Below, piece after piece: positions 1 through 10,015 of a stretch of DNA of 64,000 nucleotides. The notes under the pieces were generated by a model. It saw only the letters and a program-made list of their open reading frames with translations, was not told the DNA's origin and ran no database searches. Position 1 is the first letter of the stretch, and each line of letters begins with the position of its first letter. The DNA comes from a virus. A program made the translations under genes and the position numbers. The stretch spans positions 22,332 through 86,331 of IMG/VR virus record IMGVR_UViG_3300030118_002460; one strand, written 5' to 3'.

Positions 1-1
1 T

Positions 2-3000
2 AGAAACAGTATTGATGTTAAGAGAAAGGTTCTGAGACCTGCTCACTACTCCACATCATTCAACCTGACTCTGGACCCCAATGCTAGTGGTGATACCAGA
101 TTTAATAACCTGATTGGTTCTGGTATTAGAAGAAATGGTCAGATGTTGACCCTTGATTACAGTGAAGTTCCCTGGATTACACAACCATTTGCTACAAGGG
201 TTGAGAATGTAACTCCATTCCTTTCATTCTACTATCAAGGCAATATTGCTCTTGAACCAACTGCTGATATCTGGATTGAAACCAACAGATTGGAGATGAG
301 AAATGTCTCCATGGAAGGTTCATTCAGAGGTGTTGCAGAGGCACTTGGAGCAGAAATTACTGACAATGCTGATGGTTCAAGAATTGGTGCTACACCTGTT
401 CTCTGGGACTCCTGGGAGACTACAAATGTTCAGGTTGATATTACATCAGCAACAACCAGATCAGAATCTGTTGCTGCTAGTGCTCAAAGACAGGGAACCA
501 GTATTGGTGAATTGACTGGTGGTGCTGGTGCTGGTGCTGATATGAGTGCCAGTACAGTTGAAATAACAACTATCAATGGCACTACAACCCTTGCACAGGA
601 GAGAAGTGGCACTCAGCAGATTATTAATGAAGTAATTAACACTGAATCATTTGGTGACAGGATTGTTAATAGAGAGATCCAACACTTCATGAGATCTCGT
701 AACATTCAGTTTACTGGAACTAGATTGAAACCATTCACTCAACTCTATTCATTCTTTGATGGTGTTGACGTCACCAGATTCAGTGTTCCTAAACTGATTG
801 AAATTCAGATGCTTACTGGAACTTTTGTTCCAGGTGAAACAGTGACAGGTGTAATGCCCTCTTCTGAGAATTCACAACTTACTAATGCTAATTCTAATGC
901 ATCAATTACATTTAGAGTTGCTAATTCAAATCACAAGTATGGTCCAATCCTTGCACCTACTGATACTTACACTGCCAATCCATATGCAAGATCAAATGCA
1001 ATCTCAACTGGATATACACAGTCATCAACTATTCTTAATGTAGACACATTCAGTCTTCAATCTGAGGAGTTCCCTGAATTCAATGGATATATTCAACAGG
1101 GCATGTTCCTTAGAGGTGAAAATGGTGCTGAGGCATTTGTAAGTCAGGTCAGATTGATTACTGACAATGTTGGCACACTCATTGGTTCTTATCTGGTTCC
1201 AGATAGTTCCAACCCTGCCAATCCTCTGTTTGAAACAGGTAGAAATCTGTTTAGACTTACCAGCAGTCCAATCAACAGTTTGATTAGGGGAACCACTTCA
1301 ACATCTGGTCAGGAGATCTTCTACTCACAAGCAGATATTGATAATACCCAAGAAGTCACACTTTCACTGAGAAATGCATCTGTTGAGACTAATGATGACC
1401 TCCAGGATACTAGACAGGTAACAGAAACATTTACCAGAGAGGAAGTCACTGGATTTACCTTTGTACCCCCACCACCGCCACCACCACCACCAGATCCACC
1501 ACCAGCACCCCCACGTCCTAGACCTGCTAGAACACGTAGGTCTAGTGATCCTCTGGCACAAACATTCTTTGTTGATGATGAGACAGGTGTGTTTGTTACT
1601 AAAATTGATCTCTTCTTCAGAACTAAGGCATCAACACTGCCTGTAACTCTGCAACTCAGAGAGACAATGATGGGGATCCCCAGTCAGACTATTCTCCCCT
1701 ATTCAGAGGTAGAAATCTTACCACAGAATATATTGACATCTGATGATGCAACAGCAAGGACTCAGATTCAGTTTGAGGCACCTGTTTATCTTGCAGGGGA
1801 TAGGGAATATGCGATTGTGATGATGTCTCAGTCAACAGATTATACAGTCTATATTTCTAGATTGGGTGAACCAGATGTAACAACTCTGGGAACTGAGGCA
1901 GGGCAAGTACTTGTAACATCACAACCACTTCTTGGTTCACTGTTCAAGTCACAGAATGCCACTGCATGGACACCATCCCAGTATGAAGATCTTAAGTTCA
2001 ATCTATACCGCTCTGACTTTGTTGGTGCTGGTAATGTTCAGTTCTTTAATCCAGATCTTCCTACCAACCTTGAAAGGATCAGTAGAAATGGTGTAACAGC
2101 AATTCCTAGAAACCTGAGTGTTGGCATTGGAACTACTATTTCTGATGGTGAACTCAGAATAGGTAACACTATTCTTCAAGCTGATTCAGATGCAACTGGT
2201 GAACTTGTAGGATTTGCAGGTTCTATCACTGGTGCTCTTGCACTCACCAATGTTGGTTCAGGTTATACACCTGCTAATGGTCAGTTCTCATATACTGGTG
2301 TTGCTCTGACAGCAGTGACTGGCACAGGTCTCAATGCAACTGCTGATATCACAATCAACAATGGTGTTGCTATTGCAGCAACAGTCAATGCTGGTGGTAA
2401 AGGATTCAGGGTTGGTGATGTTCTCACACCATTGAGTATTGGTAGTGAAGAACTTGGAAGTGGAATGCAACTGTCTGTTCCTGAACTGAAAGGTTTCAAT
2501 GAACTGATTCTTGATAAAGTCCAAGGAACATTTGGTCCCAATAACAGACTTCAATTCAAGGATGTATCTGGAATTGCTACTGATATCAATGCTGGCATTG
2601 GTGGAAGTGTATTCCCAGTTGGTCCACAGAGAATCAACAGTGATGGAAGGCATCTCAAGATCTTCCAAAGAAATCATGGCATGTACTCTGGTATCAACAG
2701 AGTCAATCTTCAGAATATTCAAACTGATGTTCCTGCAACTCAACTTACAAATGGATATCAGAAGGTTGAAACTGGTGTAATCTCTGTTGGTAATACTGCT
2801 AACTTTGGTGTCTTTGAAGGTGTTGGAGTTGGAGCTACTAACCCAGGTTATGTAAGAATTGGTGATGAAATCATTGAATACACTGGTGTTTCTGATACTA
2901 ACACATTGACTGGTATCACCAGCAGAGGTGTTGATGGCACACTGCCAGTTACACACAATGTAAATGATCTGGTCTACAAGTATGAGTTTGCTGGCATCTC

Positions 3001-4000
3001 TCTGAGAAGAATCAACACACAGCATACACTTGCTGATGCATCAGTTATTGAACCAATTGGAATTGACTACTATCATGTCAGACTGGATATGTCTAAGAAT
3101 GGCAATGATAAGTCTGAAACCTCTGCATCATTTGGTGCTAGATATCTGACTGAGATTAAACTTGGTGGTGGTATCAATGCAAGAGGAACATACAATCTTC
3201 CTTACAGTTTGATCATTCCTAATTTCAACACTACATCACCTACTGGCACTAATATCTTTGGTGCTGTAAGATCTGTGACTGAAACAAGTGTGTCTGGTAC
3301 TGAGGTCTCATACATTGACCAAGGATTCCAAGAGATTGCAATGAAGGAGAAGAACTATTTTGATACACAGAGAATGGTTGTTTCTAAACCCAATGAGCAA
3401 GCATATCTGGGTTCTCTTCCTGGTAATAAGTCATTCACTATGAATCTCAATCTGAATTCATATGACAGAAGACTTTCACCTGCAATTGACCTCAATAGTT
3501 CTGCTGTTGTCTTTGTTTCCAATAGAGTCAATGCTCCTATCAGTGATTATGTCAGAGATTCAAGAGTCAATGGCATAGGTCTGGACCCCAACAGTCTGAT
3601 GTATGTAACCAAGAATGTTACTCTTGAAAATCCTGCAACATCTCTGAGAGTCTTTATTGATGGATATGTATCTAACTTTAATGATGTAAGATTGTTCTAT
3701 GCATTGGATCAAGATGTACCTGCTGTTGAGGCAGTCTACACTCCATTCCCTGGATTTAACAATATTGATGATTTTGGTAATGTAATTAATCCAACATTGA
3801 ATGATGGTACATCTGATGTTGTTGTCAGAAAGTCTGATCAGTACACACAGGAACCTGCTATCAACCTGTTCCAGGAGTATCAATTCTCAATTGAACAACT
3901 CCAACCATTCAGGACTTTCAGGGTCAAACTGATTGGAACATCTTCCAACCAAGCATGTGTTCCACAGTTCAGAAACCTTAGAGTGATTGCACTAGCATAA
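2..4000 (+). CDS. Large virion structural protein, 5'-truncated by window edge
   Basis: Frame is open from position 2 (RNSIDVKRKVLRPAHY...) into the 143..4000 ORF. DPLAQTF, GSLFKSQN, WTPSQYEDLKF and the C-terminal P..RNLRVIALA match the large virion protein preceding gp13 in T4-like cyanophages. Confidence 0.8.
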   Translation, partial: RNSIDVKRKVLRPAHYSTSFNLTLDPNASGDTRFNNLIGSGIRRNGQMLTLDYSEVPWITQPFATRVENVTPFLSFYYQGNIALEPTADIWIETNRLEMRNVSMEGSFRGVAEALGAEITDNADGSRIGATPVLWDSWETTNVQVDITSATTRSESVAASAQRQGTSIGELTGGAGAGADMSASTVEITTINGTTTLAQERSGTQQIINEVINTESFGDRIVNREIQHFMRSRNIQFTGTRLKPFTQLYSFFDGVDVTRFSVPKLIEIQMLTGTFVPGETVTGVMPSSENSQLTNANSNASITFRVANSNHKYGPILAPTDTYTANPYARSNAISTGYTQSSTILNVDTFSLQSEEFPEFNGYIQQGMFLRGENGAEAFVSQVRLITDNVGTLIGSYLVPDSSNPANPLFETGRNLFRLTSSPINSLIRGTTSTSGQEIFYSQADIDNTQEVTLSLRNASVETNDDLQDTRQVTETFTREEVTGFTFVPPPPPPPPPDPPPAPPRPRPARTRRSSDPLAQTFFVDDETGVFVTKIDLFFRTKASTLPVTLQLRETMMGIPSQTILPYSEVEILPQNILTSDDATARTQIQFEAPVYLAGDREYAIVMMSQSTDYTVYISRLGEPDVTTLGTEAGQVLVTSQPLLGSLFKSQNATAWTPSQYEDLKFNLYRSDFVGAGNVQFFNPDLPTNLERISRNGVTAIPRNLSVGIGTTISDGELRIGNTILQADSDATGELVGFAGSITGALALTNVGSGYTPANGQFSYTGVALTAVTGTGLNATADITINNGVAIAATVNAGGKGFRVGDVLTPLSIGSEELGSGMQLSVPELKGFNELILDKVQGTFGPNNRLQFKDVSGIATDINAGIGGSVFPVGPQRINSDGRHLKIFQRNHGMYSGINRVNLQNIQTDVPATQLTNGYQKVETGVISVGNTANFGVFEGVGVGATNPGYVRIGDEIIEYTGVSDTNTLTGITSRGVDGTLPVTHNVNDLVYKYEFAGISLRRINTQHTLADASVIEPIGIDYYHVRLDMSKNGNDKSETSASFGARYLTEIKLGGGINARGTYNLPYSLIIPNFNTTSPTGTNIFGAVRSVTETSVSGTEVSYIDQGFQEIAMKEKNYFDTQRMVVSKPNEQAYLGSLPGNKSFTMNLNLNSYDRRLSPAIDLNSSAVVFVSNRVNAPISDYVRDSRVNGIGLDPNSLMYVTKNVTLENPATSLRVFIDGYVSNFNDVRLFYALDQDVPAVEAVYTPFPGFNNIDDFGNVINPTLNDGTSDVVVRKSDQYTQEPAINLFQEYQFSIEQLQPFRTFRVKLIGTSSNQACVPQFRNLRVIALA

Positions 4001-4230
4001 TGGATTTGTTACCAGTTCAAGGAAAAGATGATTTGCACAGGGACTCCCAGTCCCGTGCAATCATCAATACTGATCATTCAAGATTTGAGGCATACATGAA
4101 TTCAAGGAATAGACTCTCTGCTGAAAAACAGAGAGTTGAGAATCTTGAAAAGAAAGTTGAAGACCTCTCTGATAATATAAATGACATCAAGTCAATGCTC
4201 CAAACTATCATAAAGCAAAATGGCCAATAA
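4000..4230 (+). CDS. Hypothetical protein with C-terminal coiled coil
   Basis: TAATG coupling to the upstream gene; heptad-like C-terminus; usual position before gp13. Confidence 0.7.
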   Translation: MDLLPVQGKDDLHRDSQSRAIINTDHSRFEAYMNSRNRLSAEKQRVENLEKKVEDLSDNINDIKSMLQTIIKQNGQ

Positions 4231-4597
4231 CACCATTACATTTGACCCTGCTGCTGGTGTAGCATATGGAGTCAATTTTACTATTAACAAAGGTGCTTCT
4301 TTCAGATCAACCTTTCAGGTGACAAACAATGATAACTCAAACTTTGACTTCACTGGTTATGCTGGAACTGCAATGATGAAAAGATCCAATAATGTTGGAT
4401 CTAGTGTGGCAATCGCTGCAACCTTTGCAGTTGGATTTACTAGTGCAAGTAGTGGTCAATTTAAACTATCTTTAACTGACACAGAGGTTAATACTCTAAA
4501 ACCAGGGAGATATTACTATAATATGAATGTCAGTATTGGTTCAAGCGTTTACAGAATCATTGAAGGTAATGCTCTGGTTGTTGGTGGGGCTGTCTAA
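4220..4597 (+). CDS. Small beta-rich putative virion protein
   Basis: FDFTGY...LSLTD...LKPGRYYY pattern typical of small phage structural proteins; overlaps the previous gene. Confidence 0.65.
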   Translation: MANNTITFDPAAGVAYGVNFTINKGASFRSTFQVTNNDNSNFDFTGYAGTAMMKRSNNVGSSVAIAATFAVGFTSASSGQFKLSLTDTEVNTLKPGRYYYNMNVSIGSSVYRIIEGNALVVGGAV

Positions 4598-4619
4598 ATA
4601 GTAAAAAAAATAGTGTATA

Positions 4620-5498
4620 ATGGCTCAACCTTCTACACGACAAGAATTGATAGATTATTGCCTGAGACAGTTGGGAGCACCTGTCCTGGAAATAAATGTA
4701 GCAGAAGAACAGGTTCAAGACTTGGTTGATGATGCTATACAATTCTTTCAAGAAAGACATTTTGATGGTGTTCATCAGACGTATCTGAAATATCGTATCA
4801 CACAAGATGATGTTGATAGAGGTTTGGCGCGTCCACCAGGAGCACCAACTAGTGATGCAGGAAGTGTTGGTATTGCTTCCACCTCAGCAACTACAAATAT
4901 TGTAGGAACTGCCACAACATTCACATATTATGAGAACAGCAATTATCTGCAAGTAAATCCTGATATCATTGGTATCAATAAAGTATTCCAGTTTGATGGA
5001 TCTTATAGTGGATCTGGAATGTTCAATATCAAATATCAATACATGCTTAATGATGTATTTGGTATGTGGGGAGGATATGGTGCATCAGGAATGGACCTGA
5101 CCTCCTATGATATGACTATGAGTTATTTGGAGACTATGAACTTCCTTCTGAATACTCATAAACAGATTAGATTTAATCAAAGAAAAGATAGAATGTATCT
5201 TGATATTGATTGGGAAACTTTGAAAAAGGATGATTATCTGGTTATTGACTGTTGGAGAGCAATGGATCCCAATGACTACTCAAGAGTCTGGAATGATTCA
5301 TTCCTGAAACCATATCTGACTGCTCTTATTAAGAAGCAGTGGGGTCAAAACCTTATCAAATTCCAGGGTGTCAAACTTCCTGGTGGCATTGAGTTTAATG
5401 GCAGAGCAATCTTTGATGATGGTCAGAGAGAACTTGATGAGATTAGACAAAAGATGCTGAGCACCTATGAACTTCCACCATTAGATATGATAGGTTGA
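4620..5498 (+). CDS. gp13: Neck protein gp13
   Basis: RQELIDYCLRQLGAPVLEINV N-terminus; KKQWGQNLIKFQGVKLPGG C-terminus; synteny. Confidence 0.95.
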   Translation: MAQPSTRQELIDYCLRQLGAPVLEINVAEEQVQDLVDDAIQFFQERHFDGVHQTYLKYRITQDDVDRGLARPPGAPTSDAGSVGIASTSATTNIVGTATTFTYYENSNYLQVNPDIIGINKVFQFDGSYSGSGMFNIKYQYMLNDVFGMWGGYGASGMDLTSYDMTMSYLETMNFLLNTHKQIRFNQRKDRMYLDIDWETLKKDDYLVIDCWRAMDPNDYSRVWNDSFLKPYLTALIKKQWGQNLIKFQGVKLPGGIEFNGRAIFDDGQRELDEIRQKMLSTYELPPLDMIG

Positions 5499-5502
5499 TT
5501 CC

Positions 5503-6906
5503 ATGCTCAATCCATTTTTCCTCAACAGTAGCACTAGTGAGCAGAATCTGATTCAGAGTCTGGTCAATGAACAACTGAAGATGTATGGCGTTGAGATATT
5601 TTATATACCAAGAAAGTATCTCAAAAAGAACACTGTAATCAAAGAGGTTATTCAGTCTGAGTTCACTAGTGCTTTCCCTATTGAAGCATATGTGGATAAC
5701 TATGAGGGATATGGTGGTCAGGGAACTCTGCTGTCAAAATTTGGCATCATGGAGAAGGATGACCTGACTTTGATTGTGTCAAGAGAAAGATATGAAGGTT
5801 ACATTACCCCCCTCATAAAGAATCTTCCACACATTGAGTTAGCAGATAGACCAAAAGAAGGAGATCTAATTTATTTCCCTCTTGGTGATAGGTTGTTTGA
5901 GATCAAGTATGTAGAACATGAGCAACCATTCTATCAACTTCAAAAGAACTATGTCTATCAGTTGAGATGTGAACTCTTCAGATATGAGGATGAAGTTCTG
6001 GATACAGGTGTTGACACTATTGATGATGAGATTGAACAAATTGGTTATATCCAAACTCTTGGATTAGTTGGCACAGGTGAAACTGCAACTGGAACTGCTG
6101 GTCTATGTACAAGTGGTGCAGTTCAGAGAGTTTACATTACCAATATGGGTAGAGGATATACAGCACCACCTAGTGTTGGTTTCAGTTCTGCCCCAGATGG
6201 TGGTGTGACAGCACAGGGTGTGGTATCTATCTCAGACCAATATGTTGGTTGTAAGGGATTTGGTGATGGTAAGGTGGTATCTGTATGCTTAACCAACGCT
6301 GGTTGTGGATATACAGTTGCCCCTATGGTCAAGTTCACTGGTGGAGGAGGATTAGGTGCTGCAGCAACCACTGGAATATGCACTCATGGTTCTATACAGT
6401 TCATTACTATTACCAATCCAGGTGCAGGATATACTAACAATGTTGATATCTCAATTGGATACACAGGAGCAACTGGACCAGGATTTGTAACTGCAACTGC
6501 TACTGGTGTGGTTAACAATGCTGGTATTGTCACTTATGTCTGTATCACAAATGCAGGATGTGGTTACACCATTGCACCTGAACTTGAATTCAATAATCCA
6601 CCAGGTATTGGATCATCAATAGGGGGTTCATTTATCTTCAATGAAATTGTTATTGGACAAACATCCAACACTGAGGCAAGAGTCAAGGAGTATGATGCTG
6701 TGAATAACACACTAGAGATATCTGTTGTCTCTGGTGAGTTTGGAGTTGGTGAGACCATTGTTGGTCAGGAGTCAGGAGCAAGACATGTTGTCAGAACTTT
6801 GACCACTGATGACCTAGTGACACCATTTGCAGATAATGATACAATAGAATTAGAAGCAGACAAGATTATAGATTTTACAACTACTAACCCATTTGGTATG
6901 CCCTAA
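5503..6906 (+). CDS. gp14: Neck/head-closure protein gp14 with internal repeat insertion
   Basis: LNPFF..EQNLIQSLVNEQLKMYG, RPKEGDLIYFP, C-terminal IIDF...NPFG; internal TNxGxGYT repeats. Confidence 0.93.
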   Translation: MLNPFFLNSSTSEQNLIQSLVNEQLKMYGVEIFYIPRKYLKKNTVIKEVIQSEFTSAFPIEAYVDNYEGYGGQGTLLSKFGIMEKDDLTLIVSRERYEGYITPLIKNLPHIELADRPKEGDLIYFPLGDRLFEIKYVEHEQPFYQLQKNYVYQLRCELFRYEDEVLDTGVDTIDDEIEQIGYIQTLGLVGTGETATGTAGLCTSGAVQRVYITNMGRGYTAPPSVGFSSAPDGGVTAQGVVSISDQYVGCKGFGDGKVVSVCLTNAGCGYTVAPMVKFTGGGGLGAAATTGICTHGSIQFITITNPGAGYTNNVDISIGYTGATGPGFVTATATGVVNNAGIVTYVCITNAGCGYTIAPELEFNNPPGIGSSIGGSFIFNEIVIGQTSNTEARVKEYDAVNNTLEISVVSGEFGVGETIVGQESGARHVVRTLTTDDLVTPFADNDTIELEADKIIDFTTTNPFGMP

Positions 6907-6908
6907 CA

Positions 6909-7481
6909 ATGAAGAACATTATTATTATTAAAAGTGACTTGAATGTAGAACCAATACTAAACCAAATCAAGCAGAATTGGAGAGACTGGGATTGGGTTTC
7001 CTCTCTCCAGAAAGAGACTATTGGTGGTGACAAAGATCCATATGGATTCTTGCCCCTTGTTTGGGCTAAGGTTAAGAATGGTGAGAGTCCCAAAGATGTG
7101 GATGTGACACAAAAGACACCTCTTTTTGATCATTTCTCTGAGGTGCATAAGTTTTGGAAAAAGAATAAAATATACAAGACTGGCAGAGCAGCATTCTTCA
7201 AATTAGAACCTGATGGGACTGTTGGAGAGCATATTGATGAAGGTAAATATTACCTCACCAAGGATAGATATCACCTATCACTACAATCCAGATATCATTA
7301 CACTGTTGGAGATGAAGAGATGATTGTTGAACCAGGGACCTTCTTCTGGTTTAACAATAAACTCCCACATAGTGCTCATAACATTGGAGACGTTGATAGA
7401 GTTTCCTTGGTATGGGATGTTCCTCATAATACTAGAAATCCCCATCACAGAACTGGGACAAGAGGTCAGGGTTTTGGATGA
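6909..7481 (+). CDS. Aspartyl/asparaginyl beta-hydroxylase-like 2OG-Fe(II) oxygenase
   Basis: HxD (EHIDEG), RYHLSL, FWFNNKLPHSAHN, DRVSLVWD: layout of the AspH-type cupin oxygenases. Confidence 0.8.
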   Translation: MKNIIIIKSDLNVEPILNQIKQNWRDWDWVSSLQKETIGGDKDPYGFLPLVWAKVKNGESPKDVDVTQKTPLFDHFSEVHKFWKKNKIYKTGRAAFFKLEPDGTVGEHIDEGKYYLTKDRYHLSLQSRYHYTVGDEEMIVEPGTFFWFNNKLPHSAHNIGDVDRVSLVWDVPHNTRNPHHRTGTRGQGFG

Positions 7482-7512
7482 CTCTAAATAGAAATATAAT
7501 CAATTCACAACA

Positions 7513-8523
7513 ATGTTTGAGTATTTCTATAATGAGATTTTCAGATCTGTAATTATTGGATTTGGATCACTCTTCAATGGTATTGAGATCAAGCATAAGG
7601 ATGCTAGTGATGATGTTTATAGCGTCATCAAAGTTCCTCTTGCATATGGTCCTACTCAAAAGTTTCTTGCAAGATTAGAGCAAACTCCTGATCTGAATAC
7701 ACCAGTTCAAATGACTCTTCCTAGGATGTCATTTGAGTTCACTAACTTGCAATATGACCCTGAGAGAAAGGTAACTCAATCTCAGGCATTTTTTGTTGTG
7801 GGTGATGATGGTCAAAAAGTCAAAAAGACTTTTATGCCTGTCCCATATAATATGACTATTGAGTTGTCTGTAATGACTAAACTCAATGATGATATGCTTC
7901 AGATCACTGAGCAAATCCTTCCATACTTTCAACCAGGTTATACACTTCCTATCAAGTTCCTTGGTGAACTTGCAGAGGTTCAGAATGTTCCAATTGTGAT
8001 TGAAAGCATTCAAATGGAAGATGATTATGAAGGCAACTTTGACACCAGAAGAGCACTAGTATATACCTTCCAATTCACTGCAAAAACCTATCTGTATGGT
8101 CCCACAACTGATGTTACAGGTGAGATCATTAAGAAGGTTCAGATTGGTTATATTTCTGGTAACAGATCCACATCATCTAATATCAACTTCAATAGAGATG
8201 TAACATATCGTGTTGAACCAAGGGCAGTCATTGATCATAATGATTCAACACTTACCCAACTGGAAAAAGATCTTGATAAGACCACAACTTACATTGATGT
8301 TGAGGATGGTACTAAACTAATTAAGGGTGGTTATGTTGATATTAATGGAGAAAGTCTATACATTAAGGATATCTCTGGTAACAGAGCAACAGTAAGAAGA
8401 GCACAAGATAAAACTAGGGCAGCAATTCACCCATCTGGTTCTGCAATCAACAGCATCACCAAAGCAGATGTGCCATTCATTGATGATGGTGACAACTTTG
8501 GTTTTGATGGTAGCACTTTCTGA
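7513..8523 (+). CDS. gp15: Tail sheath stabilizer/completion protein gp15
   Basis: MFEYFYNEIFR..IIGFGSLFN, VPLAYGP.QKFLAR, LPRMSFE, EQILPYFQP. Confidence 0.95.
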   Translation: MFEYFYNEIFRSVIIGFGSLFNGIEIKHKDASDDVYSVIKVPLAYGPTQKFLARLEQTPDLNTPVQMTLPRMSFEFTNLQYDPERKVTQSQAFFVVGDDGQKVKKTFMPVPYNMTIELSVMTKLNDDMLQITEQILPYFQPGYTLPIKFLGELAEVQNVPIVIESIQMEDDYEGNFDTRRALVYTFQFTAKTYLYGPTTDVTGEIIKKVQIGYISGNRSTSSNINFNRDVTYRVEPRAVIDHNDSTLTQLEKDLDKTTTYIDVEDGTKLIKGGYVDINGESLYIKDISGNRATVRRAQDKTRAAIHPSGSAINSITKADVPFIDDGDNFGFDGSTF

Positions 8524-8535
8524 TAGGAATGAATC

Positions 8536-8958
8536 ATGTCTAACAAATTTGATAAATTAAATGAAACATTTGATGTAACTCCTACTGAAGTAGAAATACA
8601 GCAGACTACACCAGAGGACAGAATCAAACAAATTAAAAGTTCCTCAGAAGATATACGTAAAGACTACGAATATACTAGGGGCAATCTGTATTCCATCATT
8701 GAAAAGGGTCAAGAAGCAATCAATGGGATTCTAGAACTTGCTCAAGAGAGTGAAATGCCCAGAGCATATGAAGTTGCTGGTCAGTTGATCAAAAATGTCT
8801 CTGATGCAACAGATAAATTGATGGATCTTCAGAAAAAACTGAAGGATGTCAATGAAGAGAAAGAACAAAAGGGTCCAACCACTGTAAATAATGCTCTATT
8901 TGTTGGTTCAACTGCTGATTTACAAAAAATGTTGAAGCAGGCATCACAAGATAAATAA
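8536..8958 (+). CDS. gp16: Terminase small subunit gp16
   Basis: DYEYTRGNL, PRAYEVAGQLIK, NNALFVGSTADLQKML. Confidence 0.95.
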   Translation: MSNKFDKLNETFDVTPTEVEIQQTTPEDRIKQIKSSSEDIRKDYEYTRGNLYSIIEKGQEAINGILELAQESEMPRAYEVAGQLIKNVSDATDKLMDLQKKLKDVNEEKEQKGPTTVNNALFVGSTADLQKMLKQASQDK

Positions 8959-8983
8959 TAACAAAGAAATTCTTACCTATAAA

Positions 8984-9961
8984 ATGAATGATTTAGGAGA
9001 TTTCTTCAGTCTGATTGGAGAAGAGAAGAGAAAAAAGGAAGAAAAGCAGAAAGAATTGATTGGAGAAGTCACTCTTGGAGACCTTTTTGCGTCTTTGAGT
9101 GAAGAAAAGAAGAAATTAAAGGATAAAGAAGACAAAAAAGCAAAAGAAAGAGCAGAATTAATCAAAAATGCAAAGGTTTTTGAGACATTTTTGTTCTCAG
9201 AACCCAAAAAAGAGGTAGATACTAGTGATTGGAGGGACAATTACGTTCCAACAGAGATAGAAACCACTAATATCATTGAACCAGAACCCCTAAAACCCTC
9301 CTCTGAATCAGAAATTATTGAGGAATCAATAGAAGAACTAGAAACCCTCTCCAAAATCAGGAAAGATGTGGATGTTGAGGTAGATAAGTCCAACAATATA
9401 CTCAAAAGCATTGAACTTCTGGACAAGTTGACACCAGATGAAGAGATTGATGAGGATGGAAAGGATAGTGATGTCAATAGGTTGAGGAGAGAGATAACTC
9501 AACTGCGTAAAATGGTCTATGAGACTGTTAGACAAACTTCTACAATTGGTGGAGGGGGTGCAGGATTCTTGAAAGACCTTGATGATGTCAGTATTGCTGG
9601 TATTCAGAGTGGATATGTTCTCACTTGGGATGAACCAAACAATAAGTGGGTTCCTAGACCTGCATCACAAGAGGTTGATCTTGGACCACTGACTAATGTT
9701 GCTGCTTCTGACAGTTCAACTATCATACAATCATCTACATTGTCTTTTGATTCTTTGCAGGGTCAGTTTATCTCCACTACCACAGCAGGTGCTGCCACTA
9801 CAAACATTGCAGGATTCCCAGTTACAACAGGAACACCACCAGACAATACCATACTCACCTTTGATACATCTCTACAAAAATGGATCTATGACACTCCATT
9901 TAATGTTGTGGATCTTTCAGATGGTGTACAAGATGGAACTCTTGATGCTGGAGGCTTCTGA
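8984..9961 (+). CDS. Late hypothetical protein (charged N-terminal half, fibre-like C-terminus)
   Basis: GGGGAGFLKDLDDV and VLTWD...KW / LTFD...KW fibre-type motifs; follows a TAAATA late element. Confidence 0.6.
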   Translation: MNDLGDFFSLIGEEKRKKEEKQKELIGEVTLGDLFASLSEEKKKLKDKEDKKAKERAELIKNAKVFETFLFSEPKKEVDTSDWRDNYVPTEIETTNIIEPEPLKPSSESEIIEESIEELETLSKIRKDVDVEVDKSNNILKSIELLDKLTPDEEIDEDGKDSDVNRLRREITQLRKMVYETVRQTSTIGGGGAGFLKDLDDVSIAGIQSGYVLTWDEPNNKWVPRPASQEVDLGPLTNVAASDSSTIIQSSTLSFDSLQGQFISTTTAGAATTNIAGFPVTTGTPPDNTILTFDTSLQKWIYDTPFNVVDLSDGVQDGTLDAGGF

Positions 9962-10015
9962 TAAATAATATAACCCTGCTACATAGCAGGTTTTCCAGGT
10001 ACATACCAACTTATA

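Noticed and set aside
1461-1646. His-rich and Trp-rich alternative-frame ORFs (1461-1646 +, 1364-1561 -)
   Set aside because: By-products of the (CCA)n polyproline run.
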